Below are positions 32,072 through 41,471 of a stretch of DNA of 64,000 nucleotides, piece after piece. The first letter of the stretch is position 1. Each line of letters starts with the position of its first letter. Below the pieces are notes generated by a model, which saw nothing but the letters and a program-made list of their open reading frames with translations, did no database searches and was not told the origin of the DNA. Origin of the DNA: an uncultured Methylomirabilota bacterium (GTDB lineage Bacteria; Methylomirabilota; Methylomirabilia; Methylomirabilales; 2-02-FULL-66-22). The translations under genes were made by a program, and so were the position numbers. The stretch spans positions 3,904,001 through 3,968,000 of the forward strand of contig OY970067.1 of the NCBI GenBank assembly GCA_963705305.1. Reading direction: 5' to 3'.

Positions 32072-33685
32072 ATGAGCAACATCATGCTGCTCACCCTCTT
32101 CGGGGGCATGGCGCTGCTGCTCTACGGGATGCAGCTGGTGGGGGAGGGTCTGCAGCAGGCCGCCGGCGGCAGAATGCGGCAAATCCTCAGTTCGATCACG
32201 AGCAATAGTGTGAAGGGCATGATGGTGGGGGCGTTCATCACGGCAGTCATCCAGTCGTCCAGCGCCACCACGGTCATGCTGGTCGGCTTCGCCAGCTCGG
32301 GCTTGATGGAGCTGCCCCAGACGATCGGCGTCATTCTGGGGGCCGACATCGGAACGACCTTCACGGTCCAGCTCATCGCGTTCCAGATCTTCGACTATGC
32401 GCTGCTCCTAGTGGGCGCAGGCTTTCTGCTCACCTTCATCTCCCGGCGCCGGATGATCAAGTATGTGGGGCAGGCCCTTCTCGGCTTCGGCTTCATCTTC
32501 TTCTCGATGAAGGTCATGTCGGACGCCATGGTGCCGTTGCGGGATAGCGACCTGGTGAAGACGCTGCTGGTCTCATTGGGAAGCCAGCCGCTCCTCGGCA
32601 TCATCGTGGCGGCTACCTTCTCGGCGCTGGTCCACAGCTCCGCCGCAACCATCGGTCTCGCGATCACCCTCTCTCTGCAGGACCTGCTGCCCCTGTCGGC
32701 CGCAATCCCGGTGATCTTGGGGGCCAATATCGGGACCTGCGCCACGGCTCTGGCCAGCTCGATCGGCACCAAGGCAGAGGCCAAGCGGGTTGCCATGGCC
32801 CACATCTTCTTCAAGGTGCTGGGCGTGCTAATATTCCTGCCGTTCATCGAGCCCTTCTCCCGGCTCGTGCGACTGACGGCGGCTGATGTCCCGCGCCAGA
32901 TCGCCAACGCGCACACCCTCTTCAACGTCGCCCTGACCATGCTGTTCCTGCCCTTTGCGCCGCTGATGGCGCGGCTGATTTCCGGCCTGGTGCCCGTCGA
33001 CCGGGAGGGGGACAGCCTCTTCAAGGCCAAGTACCTGGATGATCACATCCTGGATACCCCCGCCCTGGCGCTCGGGCAAGCGACGCGGGAGGCACTGCGG
33101 ATGGCCGACATCGTCTCCGAGATGCTCGGCAAGACCGTCCGCGCCTTCACGGCCGACGATCCTGAGCTCATCGACTCCATCGAGGAGCAGGACAACCAGG
33201 TGGATACTCTCGACCGGGAGATCAAGCATTATCTGACGAAGCTCTCGCAACAGAGCCTCACCGACGAGCAGAGCAAGCGGGAGATCTCCATCCTGTCGTT
33301 CGTGAACAACATGGAGAACATCGGGGACATCGTCGACCGAAACCTCATGGAGCTGGCCAAAAAGAGGGTCAATAAGGGCGCCCACTTCTCCGAGGCGGGG
33401 ATCCAGGAGATCACGCTTCTGCACAAGAAGGTGCTGCAGAACCTGGAGCTGGGCATTGCTGCGTTCGCCAGCAACGACCCCGCCTTGGCCCAGCAGGTGC
33501 TGGAGCGCAAGCTGGAGGTGAGCCAGACCGAGCGTCGATTCCGCCAGGCGCACATCGAGCGGCTGCACGCAGGGTACCGCGAGTCGATCGATACCAGCGA
33601 GATCCATCTGGACGTGCTCACCAATCTCAAGCGAATCAACTCCCACGTCACCGCCGTGGCCTACCCCGTCCTGGAGAGCGCCTGA
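32072..33685 (+). CDS. Na+/phosphate cotransporter with C-terminal PhoU domains
   Basis: two QSSSAT / HSSAAT..GA[DN]IGT repeats, QIANAHTLFN, PhoU-like ENIGD. Confidence 0.93.
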   Translation: MSNIMLLTLFGGMALLLYGMQLVGEGLQQAAGGRMRQILSSITSNSVKGMMVGAFITAVIQSSSATTVMLVGFASSGLMELPQTIGVILGADIGTTFTVQLIAFQIFDYALLLVGAGFLLTFISRRRMIKYVGQALLGFGFIFFSMKVMSDAMVPLRDSDLVKTLLVSLGSQPLLGIIVAATFSALVHSSAATIGLAITLSLQDLLPLSAAIPVILGANIGTCATALASSIGTKAEAKRVAMAHIFFKVLGVLIFLPFIEPFSRLVRLTAADVPRQIANAHTLFNVALTMLFLPFAPLMARLISGLVPVDREGDSLFKAKYLDDHILDTPALALGQATREALRMADIVSEMLGKTVRAFTADDPELIDSIEEQDNQVDTLDREIKHYLTKLSQQSLTDEQSKREISILSFVNNMENIGDIVDRNLMELAKKRVNKGAHFSEAGIQEITLLHKKVLQNLELGIAAFASNDPALAQQVLERKLEVSQTERRFRQAHIERLHAGYRESIDTSEIHLDVLTNLKRINSHVTAVAYPVLESA

Positions 33686-33755
33686 TGCCTGGAGAGGCAA
33701 GGTCGCCGCGCTCCGGACCGGAGCCTGGCCTGCGACGGGGAGCAGGGGCGGCCTG

Positions 33756-34677
33756 ATGGCGCGGCGACCCACAGAGCAATCCGCAGCGCGACGGCGCTCC
33801 CCGCGCGCGGCCGCGCGAGGGAAATCGTCGTCATATCGGATGGGACCGGGCGGACCGCCGAGATGGTCGTGCGCGCCGCCCTGGTCCAATTCCGCGGGGC
33901 GGACGTGCAGATCCGCGTCCTCTCCCAGGTGCAAACCGCAGAGGGGGTGCGCCGGGCGGTCCGGGAGGTGGCGGAGAGCGGCGGGCTCGTCGTGCACACG
34001 CTGGTCTCCTCGGAGCTGCGGAATCTGATGCTCACGGAAGGCCGGGCGCGAGAGGTTCCCACCATCGACCTTTTGGGACCCCTCCTGCTGCGGCTGGAGG
34101 ACCTGATCCAGCTCCAGCCACTCGCCAGGCCCGGGTTGTTCCGCGAGCAGGATGCGGAGTATCGCCGCCGGTTCGAGGTCGTCGAGTTCACCGTCAGACA
34201 CGACGACGGACAGGATCCCCACGGCCTGCCGCTGGCGGATCTCGTGTTGGTCGGAGTCTCCCGCACCTCCAAGACGCCGCTCAGTATGCTGCTGGCATGG
34301 CGGGGCTTGCGGGTGGCCAATATTCCGGTGGTAGATAACCTCCCGCTGCCGGAAGAGGTGGCGCGCCTCGATCCGCATCGAGTCGTGGCGCTCACGATCA
34401 AGGCCGATCGGCTCTTGGAGCTTCGCCGCTCCCGGCTGCAGCAGATGGAGACTCCCCGAAATTTCCTTACGCCGATCCGCGGCAGATCTGGATGGAACTG
34501 GACTACGCCCAGCGCCTCTTCTCGCGCTATGGGTGGCCGGTGGTGGATGTCACCGACAAGTCATTGGAAGAAGCAGCAGGGGAGGTGCTGGTTCTGACCG
34601 GAGTGGAGCAGGCCTCGTCCCGCGCAGCCGGACGGCCGAGCGGCCTGCCGCCGGCGTGGCGGCGCACGTCGGAGTGA
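33756..34677 (+). pseudogene. ppsR: PEP synthase / pyruvate-phosphate dikinase regulatory kinase-pyrophosphorylase (DUF299), two apparent -1 frameshifts
   Basis: IVVISDGTGRTAE, HDDG, ADLVLVGVSRTSKTPLS, VANIP; C-terminal YAD..ELDYA..WPVVDVTDKSLEEAA in another frame. Confidence 0.85.
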
Positions 34678-34760
34678 CCCGCGCAGCGCGGAAGCCGATC
34701 CCCGCCTCCCGCGTGACCGGCTTGACGTGGCTGCCAGGGCCCCATCAAGGAGGGGCGATC

Positions 34761-34994
34761 ATGACCATCAGCGCCTACTTGTTCATCGAGACGAGCCTGG
34801 GGAAAGCGACGGGGGTGGCGGAGAGCCTGTGTGCACTGCCGGGTGTAAAGATGGCGCACGCGGTGACGGGCACCTACGATGTCATCGCGCTGGTCGAGGC
34901 GGCGGATCTCGCCACGTTGGGCGAGCTCGTCAGCACCCGCGTCCATCGCCTGCCCGGCGTGCTCAAGACCATCACCAACGTGGTTGTGAAGTGA
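34761..34994 (+). CDS. stand-alone Lrp/AsnC ligand-binding (RAM) domain protein
   Basis: AYLFI..HAVTGTYDVIA..GVLKTIT; RBS AAGGAGG; no HTH. Confidence 0.88.
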   Translation: MTISAYLFIETSLGKATGVAESLCALPGVKMAHAVTGTYDVIALVEAADLATLGELVSTRVHRLPGVLKTITNVVVK

Positions 34995-35078
34995 CGCGCG
35001 GACGCGCGGCGCGGGGCGGCGGTCGAGGGCGATGCAGGGGCCCCGGGGCGGCGCGGGGCGGCGCCGAGAGGAGCAGCC

Positions 35079-36083
35079 ATGGAGGCCCCCTACCTCCGGA
35101 AGGATCCGGTAACGCAGCGCTGGGTCATCATCGCGCCGGACCGCGCCGAACTTCCCGCCGGCGTGGAGCGGCGCGGCGTGGACCCTCTCCCCGCGGAGGT
35201 GTGCCCGTTTTGCCCGGGCAACGAAGATCGGACGGGAGGGGAGATCTACGCGGATCGCGAGCCGGGGGAGGCGAGCAGTCGATCCGGCTGGCGCGTGCGG
35301 GTCGTCGCGGACCAGCTGCCCATCCTGCGCATTGAGGGGGGATTAGGGCGGAACGCCGAGGGGATGTACGACGGCATGAGCGGCATCGGGGCCCACGAGA
35401 TCGTGATCGAGACCCCCCAGCACGCGCAGCACTGGGCCGGCCTGGACCTGCCCCAGGTCGAGCGTATTCTTCGCGCTGTCCAATTGCGCAGCATGGACCT
35501 CCGAAATGACCCTCGGTTCCGCCAGGTGCTCTGGGCCAAGAATCACGGTCGGGTCACCAGCCCCTTCCAGCATCCGCATTCACATGTGGTGGCCACCCCC
35601 TTTGTACCCCGGGCGATCGAAGAGGAGCTGAAGGGCTTTGAGGAGTATGCGCGATGGAAGGAGCGCTGCGTTCTCTGCGACATGGTCAAGCAGGAGATGC
35701 AGGACGCCCGCCGGATCGTCTTGCACGAGGAGGGCGTCCTCGCCTTCGTGCCCTTTGCCGCCCGGTTCCCCTACGAGACTTGGATTGTTCCCATCGCCCA
35801 TGAACACGATTTTGGCCGGACGGCCGCCGAGACTGTCCGCGCCCTCGCTCGCATCCTTCAGGAAATCCTCCGGCGTCTGCGAGAGGCGCTGGACGACCCT
35901 CCCTACGCGCTCGTTTTGCACTCGTCCCCCCTGGGAGAATTTTTCCGTGAAGAGTATCACTGGCACCTGGAGCTGGTGCCGCGGCCCCTCCTCGGCCTGG
36001 GCCTGGAATGGGGAACGGGGGTCTACATCAATCCCGTTCCCCCCGAGCAGGCGGCATCAGTCGTCCAGGCGGCCCGGGAGTAG
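35079..36083 (+). CDS. galT: galactose-1-phosphate uridylyltransferase-like protein
   Basis: LRKDP...WVIIA, CPFCPGNE, GAHEIVIE, HPHS, PFAARFPYE, YHWH. Confidence 0.88.
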   Translation: MEAPYLRKDPVTQRWVIIAPDRAELPAGVERRGVDPLPAEVCPFCPGNEDRTGGEIYADREPGEASSRSGWRVRVVADQLPILRIEGGLGRNAEGMYDGMSGIGAHEIVIETPQHAQHWAGLDLPQVERILRAVQLRSMDLRNDPRFRQVLWAKNHGRVTSPFQHPHSHVVATPFVPRAIEEELKGFEEYARWKERCVLCDMVKQEMQDARRIVLHEEGVLAFVPFAARFPYETWIVPIAHEHDFGRTAAETVRALARILQEILRRLREALDDPPYALVLHSSPLGEFFREEYHWHLELVPRPLLGLGLEWGTGVYINPVPPEQAASVVQAARE

Positions 36084-36118
36084 CGGCCCGGCCCGCTTTC
36101 CGCCGCCGCGCAGGACGG

Positions 36119-36147
36119 TTGACGCTCGCGGATACGTGCTGTAGGCT
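36119..36147 (+). promoter_or_regulatory. sigma70-type promoter for the PPIase
   Basis: TTGACG-17nt-TAGGCT. Confidence 0.55.
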
Positions 36148-36295
36148 CCAGCCCGTCCCCCGGGGAGGTGTGTCAGGCTGCGCGCTCTGCCGATCAGTGG
36201 GTGCGGCGGCAGGGGACGGGGGTGGGATCGACCGGCGATCCCGGGCGGCGGGCCGTGTGCGGGGCCGGTCGGGGGCGAGAGAAAGCGAGGTGGGC

Positions 36296-37141
36296 ATGCG
36301 CGCCTGGGCGGTAACGGTAGCAGGGCTTCTGCTGGTGGCGGCGGCCGGAGCGTCCGCCTGGGCTGCGGATGCTCCCGCCCCAGAACCGGAATCAAGTCTG
36401 GTGCTGGCCCGCGTGAACGGGGTGGCGATCACCTACGGCGATCTCAAGCTGCGGGTTGAGATGTTGGGACAGGCAAGCGACTCCCTCCCGCTGGAGCGGC
36501 GACGGGAGCTTCTGCGCGCCCTGGTGCGCGAGGAGATCCTGGCGCAAGAAGCGGACAAGGTTAAGCTGAGCGAAGAGCCGGCGATCAAGGAGCGGTTGGA
36601 GGAGTTGCGCCGCCAGGTGGTCATTGAAGAACTGTTGAAACGGAACGTGGCCTCCCGGGTCCAGATCGGTGATGCCGACCTGCACCGCGCCTATGACGAG
36701 AATACCGAGATGTTCACCATCGAGGAGGTCGGCGCCAGCCACATCATGGTGAAGACACAGGCCGAGGCGGAGGCGATCCGGCTGGAGCTCCTGGCGGGCA
36801 AGGACTTTGCCGAGCTGGCCAGGGCCACCTCGCAGGATACGGGCAGCGCCGCCAAGGGGGGCGATCTCGGGATGCTCGGGCGCGGGCAGACGGCCCCCGA
36901 ATTCGAAGAGGCTGCCTTCGCGCTGAAGGAGGGGGAGATCAGCCAGGTGGTCAAGACCGAATTCGGCTACCACATCATCAAGGGCGGAAAGCATACGCGG
37001 GTCACGCGCCCATTCGAAGAGGTCAAGGACCAGCTCCGGCAGATGCTGATGCAGCGCAAGCAGCGAGAGGCGCTGCTCGCGTACATGGGCGAGCTGGAGA
37101 AGGCGGCGAAGACGGAGATCTACGAGGACAGGCTGCAGTGA
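36296..37141 (+). CDS. exported PpiC/parvulin peptidyl-prolyl isomerase
   Basis: signal peptide; ASHIMV, FAELA..SQD.GSA.KGGDLG, PEFEEAAF, FGYHII. Confidence 0.93.
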   Translation: MRAWAVTVAGLLLVAAAGASAWAADAPAPEPESSLVLARVNGVAITYGDLKLRVEMLGQASDSLPLERRRELLRALVREEILAQEADKVKLSEEPAIKERLEELRRQVVIEELLKRNVASRVQIGDADLHRAYDENTEMFTIEEVGASHIMVKTQAEAEAIRLELLAGKDFAELARATSQDTGSAAKGGDLGMLGRGQTAPEFEEAAFALKEGEISQVVKTEFGYHIIKGGKHTRVTRPFEEVKDQLRQMLMQRKQREALLAYMGELEKAAKTEIYEDRLQ

Positions 37142-37326
37142 GATTTTCCCGGCTTCGCCTGATGGCCTTGCCGGCATCGGTGCTGGCGTTCGTGGCGGCG
37201 GCATTCCAGATGCGCGGGGTTCGCTGGGGGCTGGGGGGCGCGTTCGGCCGGCTGGACGGCAGGCTGTTCTTTTGGGGCGGGGTGGCGCTGTTCTTCCTGG
37301 CTGTCTGGGGCCGGCCTGGCACCTGA
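37138..37326 (+). CDS. small two-TM hypothetical protein
   Basis: GTGA overlap with the PPIase stop; two hydrophobic segments. Confidence 0.45.
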   Translation: MRFSRLRLMALPASVLAFVAAAFQMRGVRWGLGGAFGRLDGRLFFWGGVALFFLAVWGRPGT

Positions 37327-37782
37327 GGCCGCAGCTGCCCGTCGGAGACGGGCAGGGATGGCCGCCGATCCGATCGGGATCGGTGAGCCCTCGACCATTG
37401 CACGCAGCCGGAGGTGCCGGCGCGGATGCGGAATCTCATGCGGGGGAAGCGGTGGGGCCGGCCCCCATGGACAGCGGGTCGCCGCCCCCCTCGTCGGCGG
37501 ATCGAGACGAATGTCCGCTCCCCGGCATCTGCCGGAGCTGTTCTCTCCTGAGTCTCCCGCTTCCTGCCTCTTGCCCGCCCAGCTCTCGCGCAGGTGCCCG
37601 CGGACTCCGCCCGGCTCTGGCAGCGTGCGGCCGAGATCGGCCGGGCAGGGCGAGCGGTCTGGTGGAACCCCGTCACGCGCCGGAGATCCCTCGGCGCTGA
37701 GGCAGACCCGACGGGGCGAGGGGATGCGGCAGGTGGAGGCGGAAAGGGGCCGTGGAGGGGGCTCGCGATGGGCGGGAAAATG

Positions 37783-37818
37783 CGTCACGCCGCGGTTTCC
37801 GGAAACCGCGGCGTGACG
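37783..37818 (-). terminator. perfect 36-bp palindrome, likely terminator of tRNA-Leu
   Basis: CGTCACGCCGCGGTTTCC|GGAAACCGCGGCGTGACG, followed by CATTTT on the minus strand. Confidence 0.75.
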
Positions 37819-37829
37819 GGTGGCTTTCC

Positions 37830-37916
37830 TGGTGCCGAAGGGGAGACTCGAACTCCCACGGGGGAACCCCCACTACGCCCTGAACGTAGCGCGTCTACCA
37901 GTTCCGCCACTTCGGC
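37830..37916 (-). tRNA. tRNA-Leu(CAG)
   Basis: GCCGAAG acceptor stem..CTTCGGC-ACCA; anticodon arm CTACG-TTCAGGG-CGTAG; long variable arm; GTTCGAGTC T-loop; 87 nt. Confidence 0.97.
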
Positions 37917-37925
37917 GTGCCATTC

Positions 37926-37954
37926 TTTTTAGAGTTTTCGAGGTGAAAAGTCAA
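37926..37954 (-). promoter_or_regulatory. promoter of tRNA-Leu
   Basis: TTGACT-17nt-TAAAAA on the minus strand. Confidence 0.55.
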
Positions 37955-38030
37955 CCGAAATTCGGGAGCGCCGATTCCCCCGCACTCGCGGGCGGGGCAG
38001 GCGCACGCCACGCGGCTGGAGGGGCGAGCG

Positions 38031-38867
38031 GTGGGGGAGGCACGGATCATCACGCTGCTCACCGACTTCGGGCAGGGTGAGCCTTTTGTTGGAATCATGA
38101 AGGGGGTCATTTTGGGCCGCTGCCGCGAGGCGACGGTGGTGGATCTGACCCACCAGATTCCGGCGTTCGACATCTTGGGGGCCAGCTTTCTCCTCCAATC
38201 CGCCATGCCCGTCTTCCCGCCAGGCTCGATTCACGTGGCCGTGGTGGACCCGGGGGTCGGCGGCCAGCGCCGGCCGCTGGTGGCCGAAATCGGCGATCAG
38301 CTGTTGGTGGCCCCGGATAACGGGATCCTTACGTACCCCCTGGCCGAGCAGGAGGGGGCGATCGTCCGAGAAATCACCGCTGCGGAGTATTTCCGCCACC
38401 CGGTCAGCACCACGTTCCACGGCCGGGACATCTTTGCATCCGTGGCCGGTCACCTGGCCGCGGGGCTGGCGCCGGAGCGGCTGGGGCCGGTTATTCACGA
38501 CCAGGCGCGCTTGCCGATTCCCCGCGTGTGCACCCCCGAGCCGGGCCAGCTTTCAGGGTGCATCCTCTGGGTGGACCGCTTCGGCAATTGCATCACCAAC
38601 ATCCGGCGGGAGGACGTGGAGGGACTGGTCCGCTCCGGAAAGCAGGGCGGCCAGCTGGCCCTGAATGGAGAGCCGGTGGGACCGCTGGTGGGCTGCTTCG
38701 CGGATGCCGGTCCGGGGGGCTGCGGGTGCGTGATCGGCAGCGCCGGCCGTCTGGAGCTCTTCTGCAATCAAGGCGACTTCGCCGGCCGCCGGGGACTCCA
38801 GGCAGGGATGGATGTTCGCCTCGAGATGGTGGCCGATCCAGCGCCGCGGCAGCCGCGAGGGAGATAA
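38031..38867 (+). CDS. SAM hydrolase / chlorinase-fluorinase family (DUF62)
   Basis: ITLLTDFG, VVDPGVG, APDNG, STTFHGRDIF, VDRFGNCITN. Confidence 0.93.
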   Translation: MGEARIITLLTDFGQGEPFVGIMKGVILGRCREATVVDLTHQIPAFDILGASFLLQSAMPVFPPGSIHVAVVDPGVGGQRRPLVAEIGDQLLVAPDNGILTYPLAEQEGAIVREITAAEYFRHPVSTTFHGRDIFASVAGHLAAGLAPERLGPVIHDQARLPIPRVCTPEPGQLSGCILWVDRFGNCITNIRREDVEGLVRSGKQGGQLALNGEPVGPLVGCFADAGPGGCGCVIGSAGRLELFCNQGDFAGRRGLQAGMDVRLEMVADPAPRQPRGR

Positions 38868-38990
38868 GGGGCGGCGTCATCGATTTTGATTGAAAAGCGG
38901 CTCCGGTTCGCTACCGTATGGGGCGCCCATGGGGCGGGGCCCGGCGGCCCCTGGGCGGGGTCGAACCGCCACAATGTGCATGCGTGATCC

Positions 38991-39284
38991 GTGAAAGACA
39001 GACCAGACGGACCGGCCCGCCAGAGAGACGCGGATCAGCCCGCGAAGTTTCTCGATCTGGTGCTCATGCTCGGTGACAGCGCGCTGGCTCATCTGGGAGC
39101 CGGCCCGGGTGCCGCCGAAGGTGGGGCCGGCGTGGATGTGGAGCGGGCAAGGCAGGCAATCGACCTGCTCGATCTCCTGAAACAAAAGACGGCGGGCAAC
39201 CTGACGAGCCAGGAAGCCTCGGTATTGGACGCAGTCCTGTTCGATCTGCGCATCCGCTTTGTCAATGTGGTGAAGAAGCCATGA
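38991..39284 (+). CDS. DUF1844-domain protein
   Basis: ALAHLG..ARQAIDLL.LL..KT.GNLT..E..L..LR..FV. Confidence 0.8.
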   Translation: MKDRPDGPARQRDADQPAKFLDLVLMLGDSALAHLGAGPGAAEGGAGVDVERARQAIDLLDLLKQKTAGNLTSQEASVLDAVLFDLRIRFVNVVKKP

Positions 39285-41419
39285 GGCGGTGTTGGGGGCG
39301 GGCAGGCTGCATAGCGATCCTGGGCTGCTGTCTGGCGATGCTCGCCCGTCCGGCGGCGGCTCTCCAGATCGCTCCGACGCTCGAGGTGCAGGAGGCACAT
39401 GCGCTCCAGCAGCGCATTCTGACGGCGCTCCCCCAGCTGGCGGCGCGGCAGCCCCGCGATAATTCCCGGCTGTCTCCTGAGATTCTCCGCCAGCTCCAGG
39501 AGCGCATGGAGACCCTCCGGACGCAGGAGGCGGACAATCCCTTTCTGGACTGGGCGGAAGGGGTGATCCTCCAGCAGACGGACGACCCCGGTTCCGCGCG
39601 GACGGCGTTCGAGCGGGCGGCAAAGGCAGCCGGATCCCGTTTTCTGGTTCACTGGCTCCTCTGGCAGGATTTCCTGGCGCGCTCGCTAGACGAGGCGGCG
39701 GTTCAGGAGGAGGCGCGGCTGCAGGAGATCATGGTCAGGTGGGGGCTCTCCCGGTTCCCGCTCCTCTCGTCGGAGCTGATCCGGTACGCGGGCGAGGCAA
39801 TGGATTCCGGCGATGCCGATCGGGCCTTTATCCTCTACGGGCGGGCCGCGTCGTACACCCCCGAGATGCCCCGCGCGCTGATCGGCCTGGCTGCGGCTAC
39901 CTGGCAGGCGCACAAGCTTCGCTTCATGGAGGCGGGGTGGGACGTGCTGTGCGGCCTAGCCCCGGCGCTGCGCACGGGGATCGCCCGTTCGTACCTCAGC
40001 CGAAACCTCCTGCTGAGCCTGACGGTAGCCTGGCTGGCTGTCCTGTGCCTGGTCGCGGGGATCTTCGGGCTGAAGACCCAGCCCCTCTTCGCCCATGAAG
40101 TGCTGCGCCACGGGGTCATTCGGGTCGCGCCAGAGGCGAGGTTCGGCCTCGGCCTCTTGCTGTTCCTCCTGCCCCTGGCCCTCGGGCTGGGCCTCGTGTG
40201 GACCGCCGTCTGGGCGATGCTCGTCTCGGCCCCCTTTCTCACGCGGCGCGAGGGGCTGCTGGTGTCCGCCCTCTTCGTGGGTCTGGCGATCATGCCCATC
40301 GGGTACCGGTGGATCGCCACCGGCCACCTGCGGGCCTCCTCGCCGCATCTCGCCCTGGCGCAGGCGGTGGAGCGGGGGGAGCGCGGGGAGGGTCTGGTAG
40401 GCGGGTTGCGCCAGTGGAGCCAGGAGGGGCCCGACAGCGGGCTCGCCTCCTATTACCTCGGGCTGGTGTTGAAGCGTCGGGGTGACCTGGAGGGCGCCCA
40501 GGCCGCCATGGCGAAGGCGGGACAGGAGCGGCCGAGGGCGGCCTTTGTCCAGGTGGGATTGGGGAACCTGGATTTCCTGCAGGGGCGTGTTGCCGATGCG
40601 GAAGCGGCCTATCTTCGCGCGGTTGACCAGGGACCTCCATCGGCAACCGTCCAGATGAATCTGGCCCAGGTGTATGCGCAGCGGATGCAGCTCGATCAGT
40701 ATGACCTCGCCGTGGCCAGAAGCCTCAAGTTGGATCCGCACATGTTGAGCACGGTTTCCCGGTTTCACGCCGCCGGGGTGACCGGCCTGGTTTCCGACGA
40801 GAGCGTTCCCTGGGACGTGCTGGCGGGGGCGGTGACCCCCCCGCCTGCGGCGATCGAAGAGGTCGCCGAAGGGCTTTGGGGGTCCCCGCTTCGCGGGATC
40901 CGGCTGCCCGTGCTCCCCGGAGTGGCGGCGGGTCTCCTGCTGATCTTCTGGGGGTATCGCTTCGCCCGGAGGGAGAGCCTGCCCGCACGTCACTGCGAGG
41001 AGTGTGGCCGGATCTTCTGCGGCACGTGTCGGACCAGCGCGAAAGAACGGCGCTACTGCCCCCGCTGTGCCGGATCCGGTCAGCGGGAGGGGGTGGCTGC
41101 GGTGGTCCGAACGCGCCGACTCCGCGAAACCGAGGAATGGCTGGCACGGGAGCAGACGCGCACCGAGGTCCTGGGGACCCTGCTGCCGGGCGGGAGCGAT
41201 TTGTATTCCGGCCGGCTGCTTCCCGGCTTCCTCTTGTGCCTGGCGGGCGTTTGGATCGCTCTGGAGGGATTGCTGCTTCCCGCCCTGACGCCAAGCCTGC
41301 GGTTGCCGTCCCCGCTGCCGTGGACGATCCGGTGGCTGGCGGCGTTGGCGGTCTTGAGTGGGCTGTATTTCGTGTCCCGGCGTCGCTGCCGGCAGAAACC
41401 GGAACCGCAGATGCCATGA
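39281..41419 (+). CDS. multi-TM TPR protein with a CxxC-CxxC-CxxC zinc finger
   Basis: signal peptide, TM bundle, TPR-like helices (YYLGLV, GLGNL), CEECGRIFCGTC..YCPRC. Confidence 0.75.
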   Translation: MRRCWGRAGCIAILGCCLAMLARPAAALQIAPTLEVQEAHALQQRILTALPQLAARQPRDNSRLSPEILRQLQERMETLRTQEADNPFLDWAEGVILQQTDDPGSARTAFERAAKAAGSRFLVHWLLWQDFLARSLDEAAVQEEARLQEIMVRWGLSRFPLLSSELIRYAGEAMDSGDADRAFILYGRAASYTPEMPRALIGLAAATWQAHKLRFMEAGWDVLCGLAPALRTGIARSYLSRNLLLSLTVAWLAVLCLVAGIFGLKTQPLFAHEVLRHGVIRVAPEARFGLGLLLFLLPLALGLGLVWTAVWAMLVSAPFLTRREGLLVSALFVGLAIMPIGYRWIATGHLRASSPHLALAQAVERGERGEGLVGGLRQWSQEGPDSGLASYYLGLVLKRRGDLEGAQAAMAKAGQERPRAAFVQVGLGNLDFLQGRVADAEAAYLRAVDQGPPSATVQMNLAQVYAQRMQLDQYDLAVARSLKLDPHMLSTVSRFHAAGVTGLVSDESVPWDVLAGAVTPPPAAIEEVAEGLWGSPLRGIRLPVLPGVAAGLLLIFWGYRFARRESLPARHCEECGRIFCGTCRTSAKERRYCPRCAGSGQREGVAAVVRTRRLRETEEWLAREQTRTEVLGTLLPGGSDLYSGRLLPGFLLCLAGVWIALEGLLLPALTPSLRLPSPLPWTIRWLAALAVLSGLYFVSRRRCRQKPEPQMP

Positions 41420-41471
41420 ACCACGGGGGGGAACTGCCGCAGTTCCGCCCCCCGCTATATGAGGCCGACCG

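Noticed and set aside
36150..36225. Long stem CCCGTCCCC..GGGGACGGG as a possible SRP RNA
   Set aside because: It contains TCAGG but lacks the GNRA tetraloop and AGCAG of SRP domain IV; probably a GC-rich UTR hairpin.
37327..37782. ORFs 37272-37700 and 37358-37816
   Set aside because: Low-complexity Arg/Gly/Pro-rich translations with no motifs; coding status unsupported.
38031..38867. DUF62 protein as a halogenase
   Set aside because: Housekeeping context with no biosynthetic cluster, and the TFHGRD motif fits the common SAM hydrolase branch.
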